64,000 nt of DNA from Myxococcota bacterium (GTDB taxonomy: Bacteria; Myxococcota_A; UBA9160; JAFDDA01): contig OZ245817.1 of the NCBI GenBank assembly GCA_965228475.1, positions 1,440,001 through 1,504,000 of the forward strand, in the 5' to 3' direction. A program made the position numbers and the translations under genes. Positions 28,602 to 41,291 of the stretch are shown in pieces. Each line of letters starts with the position of its first letter. Within the stretch, counting starts at the first letter, position 1. The notes beneath the pieces were generated by a model. The model did no database searches, had not been told where the DNA came from, and saw only the letters and a program-made list of their open reading frames with translations.

Positions 28602-30353
28602 TCAGCCGCCCGCGTCGGTGCGGGGCGTACCGCCGCTCGTCGGCGTCACCTTCATGCGCTCGTAGAGCGCGAGCCTGCGCTCGAGATCGCGCGTGCGCGC
28701 CTCGTCGCCGCTGGCCCGGGCGGCCTCGAGGCCCTGGCGCGCCGCCTCGCTCGCGGCGTTCCACTCGCCGGCCGCTTCGTGGGCCGCAGCCAGGGTCTGG
28801 AAGCCTTCGGGCCGCGCCGGCCCGAGTTTGCGGGTGACGTAGCTCGCGAGCTTGCGCGCCTGGCGGAGGCTCTTCGGGTCGTCGCCGTGATCCGAGATCA
28901 GGAGCCACGCCATGCGGTCGGCGGCGATGACGGGCGGCGTCGGGTTGCCGCTGACGACGCGGCGGTAGGCGGCCAGGGCGACGTCGCGCTCCCCTTCGGC
29001 TTCGGCCAGCTGTCCGACCCGGCCCCACAGCGACGGCGAGTCTTCCCCGAACCGCGAGAGATCCGAGGCGACGCTGCGGAGGGTCACGTAGGGCGTCTCC
29101 GGCTGGGTCGCGAGGTGGGTCAGCCAGAGCACGTAGGCCTGGGCGACGACGCACGCGAGGCCCGCCGCGCCCACGCTCCAGGCGAGCCAGCGCCGCTTCC
29201 GGCGCCCGGCGCCGTCGTCGGCCGGCTCGGCGCGCAGCAGTGCGCGGGCGATGCGGCCGTCGCGGAGCTTCCAGATCGCACCGTCGAGGATGAAATGGTG
29301 GAGGTTCACCACCGACGCCACGAGCACGGCGATCCCGGCGGCGTTCGGGAGCGATCCGCCGAGCACCGTCGGCAGGAGCAGGAACGCCGGCAGGGTCACA
29401 AAGGCGCCCGCGAACAGGCAGCGCGCGAGGAAGGGGGGGAAGGAGCCGAACTCGCCCGTGCGCTCGGCGTAGAACCAGGTGACCCAGAGGTACTGGATCG
29501 CGTGGGACGTCGAGATCCACCAGGCGGACAGCGGAAGCGCGAGCTCGGCCGGGAGGTCCTTTGCCGTCAGCGACGTTGCGAGGGCCGGTACGGCGAACCA
29601 CAGGCCCTGCGTTCCCACGAGCAGGAGCACGGGCAGGAGCGATGCTCCGCCGGCGCTCCGCTGGAGGCTCCGGCCGGCGCGGAACAGGTAGAAGAGGTAG
29701 ACGCCGAGGCAGCCGACCGCGAGCCCCTGCACGAGCGTCCGGCCCAGGCCGAGCTTCTGGACGGTGAAGACGCCCGAGCGGTCGCTGCTCGCGTTGGCGA
29801 AGACGAGGTCCGAGCCGACCACGTGGATGGCCAGGATGGCCAGCACCGCGGACATCACGAAGGAGAGGTAGAGATCGCGCTTGGTGGCGTCGTCGAAGGC
29901 GATGCCGCTGCGGCGCAGGTACATGACGGCGAGGCCGTAGTTCTGGCCGGAGAAGTGCCAGGGGCTCCAGGTGACGTAGGCCGTGAGCAGGAGCGAGCCG
30001 ATGAACGCGTTGTAGAGGCCCGCGGCGAACGCGACGAGCAGGCCGAGGGTGATCCAGACCGCGAAGAACGCGTAGCGGGTGCGGTCCTGGCGGCGGTCGT
30101 AGACGCGCAGCAGCGTTGCGCCGTAGTGGGGCGTGCTGAAGAGGAGGGCCAGGGCGGCGATCAACCAGACGGGCCGGCTGCCGAGGGCGCCGCTCATGGT
30201 TCCCCAGGCGAGCAGGGGAACGCTCAACACATAGGCGAGGCCGTAGCCGAAGAGCAGATCGACGGCGCGGCCGTAGAGCCAGGGCGAGGGCTTCGGCGCC
30301 CCGCCCGCGGGCGAGGCGGGGATCGTGCCTTCGGTGGGTGTCGTAGCGGCCAT
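28602..30353 (-). CDS. Uncharacterised polytopic membrane protein with four His-containing TM motifs and a C-terminal TPR-like region
   Basis: About 10 TM segments; PHYGAT, WHFSGQNYG, SHAIQYLW, LHHFILDGAIWKLR; helical-repeat C-terminus (ALAAYRRV, TLAAAHEAAGEWNAA); GGAGG and -10 TAGAAT upstream. Confidence 0.7.
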   Translation of the reverse strand: MAATTPTEGTIPASPAGGAPKPSPWLYGRAVDLLFGYGLAYVLSVPLLAWGTMSGALGSRPVWLIAALALLFSTPHYGATLLRVYDRRQDRTRYAFFAVWITLGLLVAFAAGLYNAFIGSLLLTAYVTWSPWHFSGQNYGLAVMYLRRSGIAFDDATKRDLYLSFVMSAVLAILAIHVVGSDLVFANASSDRSGVFTVQKLGLGRTLVQGLAVGCLGVYLFYLFRAGRSLQRSAGGASLLPVLLLVGTQGLWFAVPALATSLTAKDLPAELALPLSAWWISTSHAIQYLWVTWFYAERTGEFGSFPPFLARCLFAGAFVTLPAFLLLPTVLGGSLPNAAGIAVLVASVVNLHHFILDGAIWKLRDGRIARALLRAEPADDGAGRRKRRWLAWSVGAAGLACVVAQAYVLWLTHLATQPETPYVTLRSVASDLSRFGEDSPSLWGRVGQLAEAEGERDVALAAYRRVVSGNPTPPVIAADRMAWLLISDHGDDPKSLRQARKLASYVTRKLGPARPEGFQTLAAAHEAAGEWNAASEAARQGLEAARASGDEARTRDLERRLALYERMKVTPTSGGTPRTDAGG

Positions 30354-30598
30354 CGGCTGCGGCCAACCTCCGGGAGTCCTTCGGGGACGGCCACTTGCCG
30401 AACCCGTCGCCATTCTAATCCTGTTTGCGGCCCGGGGCAGCGCATTGCCGCCCTCGGCCGCGAACGGCGCTCTCCCGTCCACGGCAGGACGCGCCCGGCG
30501 CCTGAGTTCCCATCGAGGAGAAGCTGGGGAGTCCCGCCTCACCGACCGGCAGCTTTCTCGCGCCCGGCAGTTTTCTCGCGCTTCTGCCGCCGGCAGGT

Positions 30599-30627
30599 TT
30601 GCCCCGCCAAGGGGCCGCCGGTAGAAT
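30599..30627 (+). promoter_or_regulatory. Sigma-70-type promoter for purQ-purL-purF and downstream genes
   Basis: TTGCCC-17 nt-TAGAAT upstream of purQ. Confidence 0.65.
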
Positions 30628-30712
30628 GCCCGCGTTCCCGAAAAACCCGCAACATCCGCCACCCCACTCCCGAAACCGGCATCCGAGGCACGAAAGGGAG
30701 GGCGAGGTCCCC

Positions 30713-31425
30713 ATGTTCGCCGTCATTCAGTTTCCGGGTTCGAACGACGACCGGGACATGGTCCACGCGTTGAAGGGCGTCCTGGGCGCCGACGCCCGGC
30801 TCGTCTGGCACGGCGACGCAGCCCTGCCGGCCGGCACCGAGGGCGTGCTCGTCCCCGGCGGTTTCTCCTACGGGGACTACCTCCGCTGTGGCGCGATGGC
30901 GCGCTTTTCCCCGGTCATGGCGGACGTGCAGCGGTTCGCCGGCCAGGGCGGGCTCGTGCTCGGCACCTGCAACGGCTTCCAGGTCCTGTGCGAGGCGGGG
31001 CTGCTCCCCGGCGCCCTCCGCCAGAACGCCGGCCTGCACTTCATCTGCGAGACGTCTGCACTTCGCGTCGAGCGGGCGGACACGCACTTCACCCGGGGCT
31101 TTTCCGAGGGCGAGGTCATCCACATCCCGATCAAGCACGGCGAGGGCTGCTACTTCGCCCACGCCGACGATCTGGCCCGCCTCGAGGCGAACGGCCAGGT
31201 CCTGCTCCGCTACTGCCAGGACGACGGCACCGTGGACGAGGCCGCCAACCCGAACGGCTCGCTCGCGAACATCGCCGGGGTCATGAACGAGGCCGGCAAC
31301 GTCTTCGGCCTGATGCCCCATCCCGAGCACGCCGTGGAGCCGGCGCTCGGAGGCACCGACGGCGGCCGCATGCTGCGTGCCATGATGGAGGCGGCCGCGC
31401 GGGTGGCCCAGGCGGGGGAGGGTGC

Positions 31426-31429
<4 letters not shown>
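30713..31429 (+). CDS. purQ: Phosphoribosylformylglycinamidine synthase subunit PurQ
   Basis: [47 protein letters not shown]. Confidence 0.96.
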
Positions 31430-33698
<2,269 letters not shown>

Positions 33699-33702
<4 letters not shown>

Positions 33703-35204
33703 AACCGTGCGATCGAGGCCCGTGCCCGGCCACCCCGCTCGACGGGCCGGAGCTCGCCGAGCTCCTGGCCGAGCGGGAGCGCGACCACTTCCACGACGAG
33801 TGCGGCGTGTTCGGCGTCCAGGGGCACCCGGAAGCCGCGAACATTACCTACCTCGGCCTCTACGCCCTCCAGCACCGCGGCCAGGAGAGCTGCGGCATCA
33901 CGAGCAGCAACGGCGGCGAGCACTATGCGCACCGGGCCATGGGCCTGGTCGCCGACGTCTTCAGCGAGCCCACCCTGCGCCGGCTCCCGGGCCGCGCCGC
34001 GATCGGCCACGTGCGCTACTCGACGGCAGGCGGCAGCATGCTGCGCAACGCGCAGCCCTTCTGCGCCACGACGGACGGCGGCCCGGTCGCGATCGCCCAC
34101 AACGGGAACCTCGTCAACGCGAACGCGATCCGCGCCGAGCTCGAGGGCCGCGGAACGATCTTCAGCACCACCGCCGACAGCGAGGTGATCGTCCACCTGC
34201 TCGCGCGTTCCCGGGAGGAGACGCTCGAAGAGCGGCTGATCGACGCGCTCTCGCGGGTGAAGGGCGCCTTCAGCCTCGTGCTGCTGACCAAGGACGCGGT
34301 CATCGCCGCCCGCGACCCCTACGGATTCCGCCCGCTCTCCCTCGCGCGCCTCGACGGCGGCTGGGTCGTGGCGAGCGAGACCTGTGCCCTCGACCTGATC
34401 GGCGCCACCTACGAGCGCGACGTCGAGCCCGGCGAGGTCGTGGTCATCCGCCGCGGGCGCCTGCGCACCCTGCGGCCCTTCGCCCCGGCGCCGATGCAGT
34501 CCTTCTGCATCTTCGAGCACATCTACTTCGCGCGTCCGGACTCGAACCTCTCGCGCCAGAACGTCTACGCCTTCCGCAAGGAACTCGGACGCGCCCTGGC
34601 ACGCGAGCACCCGGTCGAGGCGGACATGGTCGTGCCGGTGCTCGACTCCGGGAACGCGGCGGCACTCGGCTATGCCGAGGAGTCCGGCATCCCCTACGAG
34701 ATGGCGATGATCCGCAACCACTACGTGCGGCGGACCTTCATCGAGCCGGCCCAGGCGATCCGCCACTTCGGCGTCAAGGTGAAGCACAACGCGGTCTCCG
34801 AGTTCGTGCGCAACAAGCGCGTCGTGCTCGTGGAAGACTCGATCGTGCGCGGGACGACGCTCCTCAAGCTCGTCTCGATGCTGCGCAACGCCGGCGCTCG
34901 CGAGGTGCACGTGCGGGTGTCCTCGCCGCCGACGATCGGCCCGTGCCACTACGGGATCGACACGCCGACGCGGGAGGAGCTGATCGCCCATCAGCACTCC
35001 GAGGAGGAGATCCGCAAGCTGATCGGCGCGGACGGCCTCGGGTTCCTCTCCATCGACGCCCTGCGCAAGTCGAGCGCCGTCTTGAAGCACGGCATCTGCG
35101 ACGCCTGCTTCTCGGACGAGTACCCCGTGGCCATCCAGGACGACGCCACGCGGCCCCAGCTCTCGCTCTTCCGCACCGTCGGAGAGGAAGGCGACCCGAA
35201 GTGA
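33699..35204 (+). CDS. purF: Amidophosphoribosyltransferase (propeptide, Fe-S type)
   Basis: [68 protein letters not shown]. Confidence 0.97.
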
Positions 35205-36580
35205 AGGGGCGTCTCGAGCCCCAGGCCCTCGAACAGGCGGTCCGCGACGGCAGCGTCGAGACGGTGGTCACTGCCTTCCCGGACCTCTACGGGCGCCTCG
35301 TCGGGAAGCGCATCCACGCCCCGTTCTACCTGGAGGAGATCGCCGGTTCGGGCATGCACGCCTGCGACTACCTCCTGGCCTGCGACATGGAGATGGACCC
35401 GACGCCGGGCTACGCCTTCACGAGCTGGGAGACCGGCTACGGCGACTTCCACGCCGTCCCCGACGCGGGGACCCTGCGGGAGGCCGCCTGGCTCGAGAAG
35501 TCGGCGATCGTCCTGTGCGATCTGCTCGACGAAGACACGGGCGCGCCCGTCGAGGTGGCGCCGCGGCGCATCCTCGCCCGCCAGCTCGAGCGGCTCGCCG
35601 AGCACGGCTTCAAGGCGATGATGGGCAGCGAGCTCGAGTTCTACCTCTTCCGCGAGAGCTACGCCGAGGCGCGTCGCAAGGGCTTCGCCGAGCTCGCCAC
35701 CGCCGTCGACTACATCGAGGACTACCACGTTCTCTCGGGCAACTACGTCGAGGACGTGATCGGCGACATCCGGCGCGAGGTGCACGCCTCGGCGATCGGC
35801 GTCGAGTTCAGCAAGGGCGAGTGGGGCCCGGGGCAGCACGAGATCAACCTGCGCTACGCCGAAGCGAAGGAGATGGCCGACCGCCACGTGCTCTACAAGC
35901 TCGCGGCCAAGGACATCGCCACCCGCCACGGCTGCTCGCTGACCTTCATGGCGAAGCTCGACGCCGCGCTCGCCGGCAACAGCCTCCACGTCCACACGAG
36001 CCTCGTCGATGCCGACGGCCAGTCGGTCTTCGCCGGCGAGGAAGCCCTGCCGGGAACGCCGGTGAAGAGTTCGCCGCGCTTCCGCCACTGGCTCGGCGGC
36101 CTGCTGACCCACGCGAGGGAGCTCGGCTGGTTCTTCGCGCCGAACGTGAACTCCTACAAGCGCTACCAGGCGGGGACCTTCGCTCCGACGGGGATCGCCT
36201 GGAGCTTCGACAACCGCACGGCGGGCTTCCGCGTGGTCGGCCACGGGCCGTCGCTCCGGGTCGAATGCCGCATCCCGGGCGGCGACGCGAACCCGTACCT
36301 GGCCTACGCGGCGCTGCTCGCCGCCGGGCTCGACGGCCTCGAGCGCGAGCTCGACCCGGGCGAGGCCTTCGAGGGCGACGTCTACGGCGCGGAAGGCCTT
36401 CCCCAGGTGCCGCGCACCCTCGGCGCCGCGGTAGCGGCCCTCGAAGAGAGCGCGTTCGCGCGCAGCGCCTTCGGCGACGAGGTCGTCGACCACCTGCTGC
36501 ACTTCGCGCGCACCGAGCTCGCCTCCTTCGAGGGCACCGTCACCGACTGGGAGCGCAACCGCTTCTTCGAGCGTGGCTAG
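35201..36580 (+). CDS. Glutamine-synthetase-family gamma-glutamylamide synthetase (GlnA4/PuuA-like)
   Basis: DLYGRLVGKR, CDYLLACDMEMDP.PGY..TSWETGYGDF, SELEFY, KGEWGPGQHEIN, NVNSYKR, DNRT, ECRIPGGDANPY, TDWE; GTGA overlap with purF. Confidence 0.88.
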   Translation: MKGRLEPQALEQAVRDGSVETVVTAFPDLYGRLVGKRIHAPFYLEEIAGSGMHACDYLLACDMEMDPTPGYAFTSWETGYGDFHAVPDAGTLREAAWLEKSAIVLCDLLDEDTGAPVEVAPRRILARQLERLAEHGFKAMMGSELEFYLFRESYAEARRKGFAELATAVDYIEDYHVLSGNYVEDVIGDIRREVHASAIGVEFSKGEWGPGQHEINLRYAEAKEMADRHVLYKLAAKDIATRHGCSLTFMAKLDAALAGNSLHVHTSLVDADGQSVFAGEEALPGTPVKSSPRFRHWLGGLLTHARELGWFFAPNVNSYKRYQAGTFAPTGIAWSFDNRTAGFRVVGHGPSLRVECRIPGGDANPYLAYAALLAAGLDGLERELDPGEAFEGDVYGAEGLPQVPRTLGAAVAALEESAFARSAFGDEVVDHLLHFARTELASFEGTVTDWERNRFFERG

Positions 36581-37316
36581 GAATGCCGCCGCCTCGGCTC
36601 CGGTGATCGTCGGGATCACGGCCTACGGGCGGGAGAGCGGGCCGCGCGGCGAGCACTTCACCCTGCCCACCGCCTACGTCGACGCCGTCCGCGCCGCGGG
36701 CGGTCTGCCCGTGCTGCTGCCGCCGGCGGAGGGCCCCGTCGAGGCGGTCCTCGCGGGCGTCGACGCCCTGGTCTTCGCGGGCGGAGGCGACATCGCGCCG
36801 CAGCACAGCGGCGGCGACCACGAGACCAACTACAGCGTCGACGACGAACGCGATGCCTTCGAGCTCGCGCTGATGGGCGCGGCCGTCGAGGCCGAGGTGC
36901 CGACCCTCGCCATCTGCCGTGGCCTTCAGATCCTGAACGTCGCGCGGGGCGGAACGCTGCACGGCCACCTGCCCGACGTCTTCGGCGACGATGTCGACCA
37001 CCGCGTGCCACCCCTCGACCCGGTCGAGCACCCGGTGACGCTCGAGGGCGGGTCGGTGCTCGAAAAGAGCTTCGCGGCGGGGCTGCTCGACATCGCCTCC
37101 TGGCACCACCAGGCGGTGGACCGCCTCGGCCGGGACCTGCGCGCCGTGGCCTTCGCCTCGGACGGCGTGGTCGAGGCCCTGGAGCTTCCGGGCGCGCCCT
37201 GGCTCACCGCCGTCCAGTGGCATCCGGAGCTCCAGCAGGAGCCCGGCTCGCCCCAGGCGCGCCTCTTCGCGGAGCTCGTCGACTGGGGGAAACGCCGGAG
37301 AGGGCCTTCGCGCTAG
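36573..37316 (+). CDS. Gamma-glutamyl-amide hydrolase (PuuD / peptidase C26 family)
   Basis: AGGLPVLLPP, GGGDI, RDAFE, LAICRGLQILNVARGGTL, SWHHQAV, AVQWHPE. Confidence 0.88.
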   Translation: MARNAAASAPVIVGITAYGRESGPRGEHFTLPTAYVDAVRAAGGLPVLLPPAEGPVEAVLAGVDALVFAGGGDIAPQHSGGDHETNYSVDDERDAFELALMGAAVEAEVPTLAICRGLQILNVARGGTLHGHLPDVFGDDVDHRVPPLDPVEHPVTLEGGSVLEKSFAAGLLDIASWHHQAVDRLGRDLRAVAFASDGVVEALELPGAPWLTAVQWHPELQQEPGSPQARLFAELVDWGKRRRGPSR

Positions 37317-37446
37317 CGCGGAGGGGCGGCAGGCGAGGGGCAACCCGCGCGCACCCGGCGGAACATTGTGGGGAATCTCCTTCAGCGGGCCGCGGGCGCC
37401 GGCCGATAGATCTCCTGGGCCACCCCCGAGCCCCCTGAGGTCCGAC

Positions 37447-38631
37447 ATGAACGCTCCCCTCCGCGTTTCGTACGAATCGCCGGAAGCGCTGAAAGAGCAA
37501 TTCGAAGCGGAGATCGCCATGGGCGGTCTCTTCATCCCCACGGTCACGAACCTCGGGTTCCGTGACAGCGTGCAGGTGGTCTTCGATCTGGAATTCTGCG
37601 ACGAGAAGGTCGAACTCGCGGCCGAGGTCGTCAGCGTGGTCGAACCCGAGCTCGCGGCCGGCGCCGGCGAGGCGGGGGTCGCGATCCAGTTCACCGACCC
37701 GCCGCCCGAGGTGAAGGACCGGCTCGGCCCGTTCTTCGGCGAGCGCAAGAAGCCCGAGCGCCGGCGCTCCCCGCGGCGCGTCGCGCGCGTCGGCATCCTG
37801 ATCCAGCGCGAGGACGGCTCCGAGCTGACGGGCCGCACGCGGAATCTCTCGCACTCGGGCGTCCTGCTCTCGATCGACGGCCCGCCCGTTCCGATCGGCG
37901 AGACCGTGCGCCTGACCCTCGAACACCCGACCTTCGAAGAGCGCCTCGACGTGCCCGCGCGCGTGATCCGCTACCTCGAGGTCGACGGGACCGTCACGGC
38001 CATGGCCTGCATGTTCGAGCCGGAGATGGACACCCACAAGGAAGTCGTCGAGTTCATCGAGGACGTCCAGACCTCCGAGCACGCCCGCCGGCTGCGCGGC
38101 GTGACGGGCGCCATCGGCGAGCTCGGCATCATCAACGTGATCCAGGTCTTCGGCGGCTGCACCCGCTCCGGGACGCTCACCGTGATGCGGGGCTACGAAG
38201 AGGGCCGCGTGATCTTCGAGGACGGCCTGCTGCGCGAGGTCCGGCTCGGTCCGGTCTCCGGCATGAAGGCCCTCACGCGCATCGTCGGCTGGCGGGACGG
38301 GAGCTTCGAGTTCCACACCCGCGTCGAGCCGAGCTTCAGTCAGTCCGACCCGGTGCCCCTCGAGGGGGCGCTGCTCGAGGCGACGCGGCAGCAGGACGAG
38401 ATCGACCGGCTCGGCACGTCCGAGTGGTCCGACAACACGACCTTCCGCGTCGTCGCCGAGCGCCTCGACGCCGAGCGCAGCAACCTCTCGAAGATCGAGG
38501 ACTCCGCCGCGGAGCTCGCTTCGGCGGGCATGACGCTCCGCCAGATGGTCGACGTGATCCCCGAATCCGACGTCGACGTCCACGAGGCGCTGCGAACCCT
38601 CGGCGACCTCGGCGTGATCGAGGCACAGTAG
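37447..38631 (+). CDS. Tandem PilZ domains + DUF4388 (PATAN-like) protein
   Basis: N-terminal IAMGGLFIPT PilZ-like domain; second PilZ with ERRRSPR and NLSHSG; GAIGELGIINVIQ...RSGTL...GRVIFEDG...WRDGSFEF...LLEATRQQDE. Confidence 0.78.
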   Translation: MNAPLRVSYESPEALKEQFEAEIAMGGLFIPTVTNLGFRDSVQVVFDLEFCDEKVELAAEVVSVVEPELAAGAGEAGVAIQFTDPPPEVKDRLGPFFGERKKPERRRSPRRVARVGILIQREDGSELTGRTRNLSHSGVLLSIDGPPVPIGETVRLTLEHPTFEERLDVPARVIRYLEVDGTVTAMACMFEPEMDTHKEVVEFIEDVQTSEHARRLRGVTGAIGELGIINVIQVFGGCTRSGTLTVMRGYEEGRVIFEDGLLREVRLGPVSGMKALTRIVGWRDGSFEFHTRVEPSFSQSDPVPLEGALLEATRQQDEIDRLGTSEWSDNTTFRVVAERLDAERSNLSKIEDSAAELASAGMTLRQMVDVIPESDVDVHEALRTLGDLGVIEAQ

Positions 38632-38673
38632 GCGGGCCAATCGCGCTAGGCTCCCGGGCCACCGGGAGGACAC

Positions 38674-39468
38674 GTGGCAGCGAGCCAGGGCGCAGGGCGC
38701 CTCACCGACAAGACCGCTTGGATCAGCGGCGCGGGCAGCGGCATCGGCCGCCAGGCCGCGCTGCTCTTTGCCGCCGAGGGCGCGCGCGTGCTGGTCGCGG
38801 ACCGCGACGGCGCCGCCGCCGAATCCGTCGCCGCGGAGATCGCGGGCGCCGGCGGAACCGCGCACGCCTTCGCCGTCGACGTCGCGAAGGCCGCGGAGGT
38901 CGAGGCTTCCGTCGCGGCGGCAGAGAAGGAACTCGGCGGGCTGCACGTCCTCTTCAACAACGCGGGGATCTTCCCGGGCGACGACGGCAACCCGGTCGAC
39001 ACGCCCGAGGACACCTGGGATCACGTGATGAACGTGAACCTGAAGGGCGTCTTCCTCGGCTGCAAGTTCGGCATCCCGGCGATGCTGCGCTCGGGCGGAG
39101 GCTCGATCATCAACACGGCCTCCTTCGTCGCGGTCATGGGCGCGGCGACTTCGCAGATCGCCTACACGGCGAGCAAGGGCGGCGTGCTCGCGATGACCCG
39201 CGAGATCGCCGTCGAGTACGCCCGCCAGGGGATCCGGGCCAACGCGCTCTGCCCGGGGCCGGTGAACACGCCGCTGCTCGAGGAGCTGCTTGCCGATCCG
39301 GCCGCGCGCGCGCGCCGCATGGTCCACGTGCCGATGGGGCGCCTGGCCGAGGCCCACGAGATCGCGCGGGCCGCGCTCTTCCTCGCGAGCGACGACGCCG
39401 CCTACGTGAACGGCACGACGTTCCTCGTCGACGGCGCGATCACGAGCGCCTACGTCACGCCGGAGTAA
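38674..39468 (+). CDS. Short-chain dehydrogenase/reductase (type found in glnA4 clusters)
   Basis: GAGSGIG, NNAG, NTASFVAVMGAATSQIAYTASKGG, NALCPGPVNTPLL; RBS GGAGGA and -10 TAGGCT. Confidence 0.88.
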   Translation: MAASQGAGRLTDKTAWISGAGSGIGRQAALLFAAEGARVLVADRDGAAAESVAAEIAGAGGTAHAFAVDVAKAAEVEASVAAAEKELGGLHVLFNNAGIFPGDDGNPVDTPEDTWDHVMNVNLKGVFLGCKFGIPAMLRSGGGSIINTASFVAVMGAATSQIAYTASKGGVLAMTREIAVEYARQGIRANALCPGPVNTPLLEELLADPAARARRMVHVPMGRLAEAHEIARAALFLASDDAAYVNGTTFLVDGAITSAYVTPE

Positions 39469-39472
39469 TCGC

Positions 39473-41275
39473 CTAGCGCGTCAGTTCGTCCACGAGCTCG
39501 AGGTTCAGGATCTCCCGCCGGGTGAGCGAGCCGCGCTCGAAGAAGCTCCGCACGTCGGGCTCGCCGTCGCCGTCGAGGTCCTCTTCGCGCTCGGTGACGT
39601 AGCCCTCGGCATCGAAGCGCTCGATGCGGTCGAGCCGCCCGTCGTCGTCGGTATCGCGCGCTTCGGAGGCCAGCACGCCGGCCTCGTAGCGGAAGAGCCG
39701 CTCGGGCTGCCCGTCGCCGTTCGGATCCACCTCGATGCGTTCGAGATCGCCGCTCGCCGCGAAGCGCAGGTGGAGGTCCGGGAAGCCGAGCCCGCGGCGG
39801 TCTTCCCAGCGATCCCGGCGCGCCCCGTCCGCGTAGCCTTCCCAGCGGTCCGGAGTGCCGTCGCCGTCGGTGTCCTCTTCGCGCAGGAGCGGCGCGGGGT
39901 TGCCGCGGGAGAACCAGTAGCGGCCGAGGGGCCGTCCGTCGGGGGCGAAGTAGGCGCGGACCTCGTGGGGGCCTTCGGCGAGGCCGGCCGCGAGCTTCGG
40001 TCCCGGGCCGGTGGGCGCCTCGACCGGAATCGCGCGCAGGTGTTCGAGGGCCTCGGGCGCCGGTGCACGCTCCGCGGCGTCGAGCACGACCAGGGCGGCG
40101 AGGAGCTGATCGCGCCGCTCGCGCTGCTCGTCGAGCAGGCGCTCCGTGGCGTTGCGCTGGGCCGCGGTGAGCTGGGGCTCGAGCTCGCCCGACTCCGCGA
40201 AGCCCTCGTCGTCGCCGCCGAGTTCCCGGGCCATCTGGAGCGTGAGCTCGGCCTCGTTCACGTAGGCGCGGACGTTCACGTCGTCGGGGTCGATGGCGGC
40301 CGCCTGACGGAAGGCTTCGAGGGATTCACGCACGCGCCCCGTGGCGAGGCGTGCCCGGCCGCGCTCGAGATGCTCGGCGATCCGGTTCGAGAGACCCGGA
40401 AAGAGTTCGCGCACCGTGCGCGCCGGCCAGACGGCGCCCGGCTCCCCCGGCGCCGCGAGGGCCGCGGCGACGGCTTCCCTGGCGAGCACCGCCTCGAGCG
40501 CCCGCCCGATCGGCAGGCTGATGCAGTGCCGCTTGGGCGGGATCAGCTCGACCTGGCGGAGCGTCTCCGGCGGCGCGAGGGCGTCGCCCGGTGTGGCGAC
40601 GGCGAAGCGCAGCCAGGCGACGGAGAAGGGGCCGTCCTTTTCGGAATCGCCGCAGAAGGCGCGGTCGATCCGCAGGGAGAGCACGGCGCGCGGGGCCAGG
40701 CGCGCGAGGAGCTCCTGCACCTCGGCCATGTCCTCCGGATCCGCGGGGAGGACGGCGGAGTCCGGGAGCCGGGTGCGCAGGCGGCGGATCAGGTTCGTCA
40801 CGGCCTCGCCGCCGGGCCAGCCGCCGGCCACCCGCGGCGGGCGGCCCGGTTCGAAGGCCGGAGCCGGCAGCACCACCAGGATGCCCTGGCCGCCGTCGCC
40901 GAGCGGCTCGTCGGGCGGAAGGGGAGGCGGCGGGTCGAGGGCGTCGGCCCGGGCGCGTGCGCGCTCGGCGGCGTTCAGGCGGCCGAGCTCTTCGAGCACC
41001 ACGGCCTGGATGCGGTGCCCGCGGGCGTGGTCGGGGGCCGTCGCGAGGGCGGCGTCGAGGGCGTGCAGGGCGGACTCGAGCCGGCCCTGGGAGCGGAAGG
41101 AGAGCGCCATCTGGATCTGGTGGCGCGCGAAGCGCTCGCGGTCGGCGTCGTCGGGGCCTCCGCCGGGCCGGCCGGGGGTGAGCACCGGGGCGCAGCCGAG
41201 GGCAAAGGCGGCGAGGCAACCCGCGGCAGCCCGGGCCGTCCATCGCCTCGCCGCAGCACGCCCGGCTTCCGTCAT
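39473..41275 (-). CDS. TPR-containing lipoprotein with C-terminal DxDGDG repeats
   Basis: Lipobox ALGC; two TPR-like segments; repeats EDTDGDGTPD, VDPNGDGQPE, RDTDDDGRLD, EDLDGDGEPD. Confidence 0.7.
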   Translation of the reverse strand: MTEAGRAAARRWTARAAAGCLAAFALGCAPVLTPGRPGGGPDDADRERFARHQIQMALSFRSQGRLESALHALDAALATAPDHARGHRIQAVVLEELGRLNAAERARARADALDPPPPLPPDEPLGDGGQGILVVLPAPAFEPGRPPRVAGGWPGGEAVTNLIRRLRTRLPDSAVLPADPEDMAEVQELLARLAPRAVLSLRIDRAFCGDSEKDGPFSVAWLRFAVATPGDALAPPETLRQVELIPPKRHCISLPIGRALEAVLAREAVAAALAAPGEPGAVWPARTVRELFPGLSNRIAEHLERGRARLATGRVRESLEAFRQAAAIDPDDVNVRAYVNEAELTLQMARELGGDDEGFAESGELEPQLTAAQRNATERLLDEQRERRDQLLAALVVLDAAERAPAPEALEHLRAIPVEAPTGPGPKLAAGLAEGPHEVRAYFAPDGRPLGRYWFSRGNPAPLLREEDTDGDGTPDRWEGYADGARRDRWEDRRGLGFPDLHLRFAASGDLERIEVDPNGDGQPERLFRYEAGVLASEARDTDDDGRLDRIERFDAEGYVTEREEDLDGDGEPDVRSFFERGSLTRREILNLELVDELTR

Positions 41276-41291
41276 CGGCGCCCCGCTCCCA

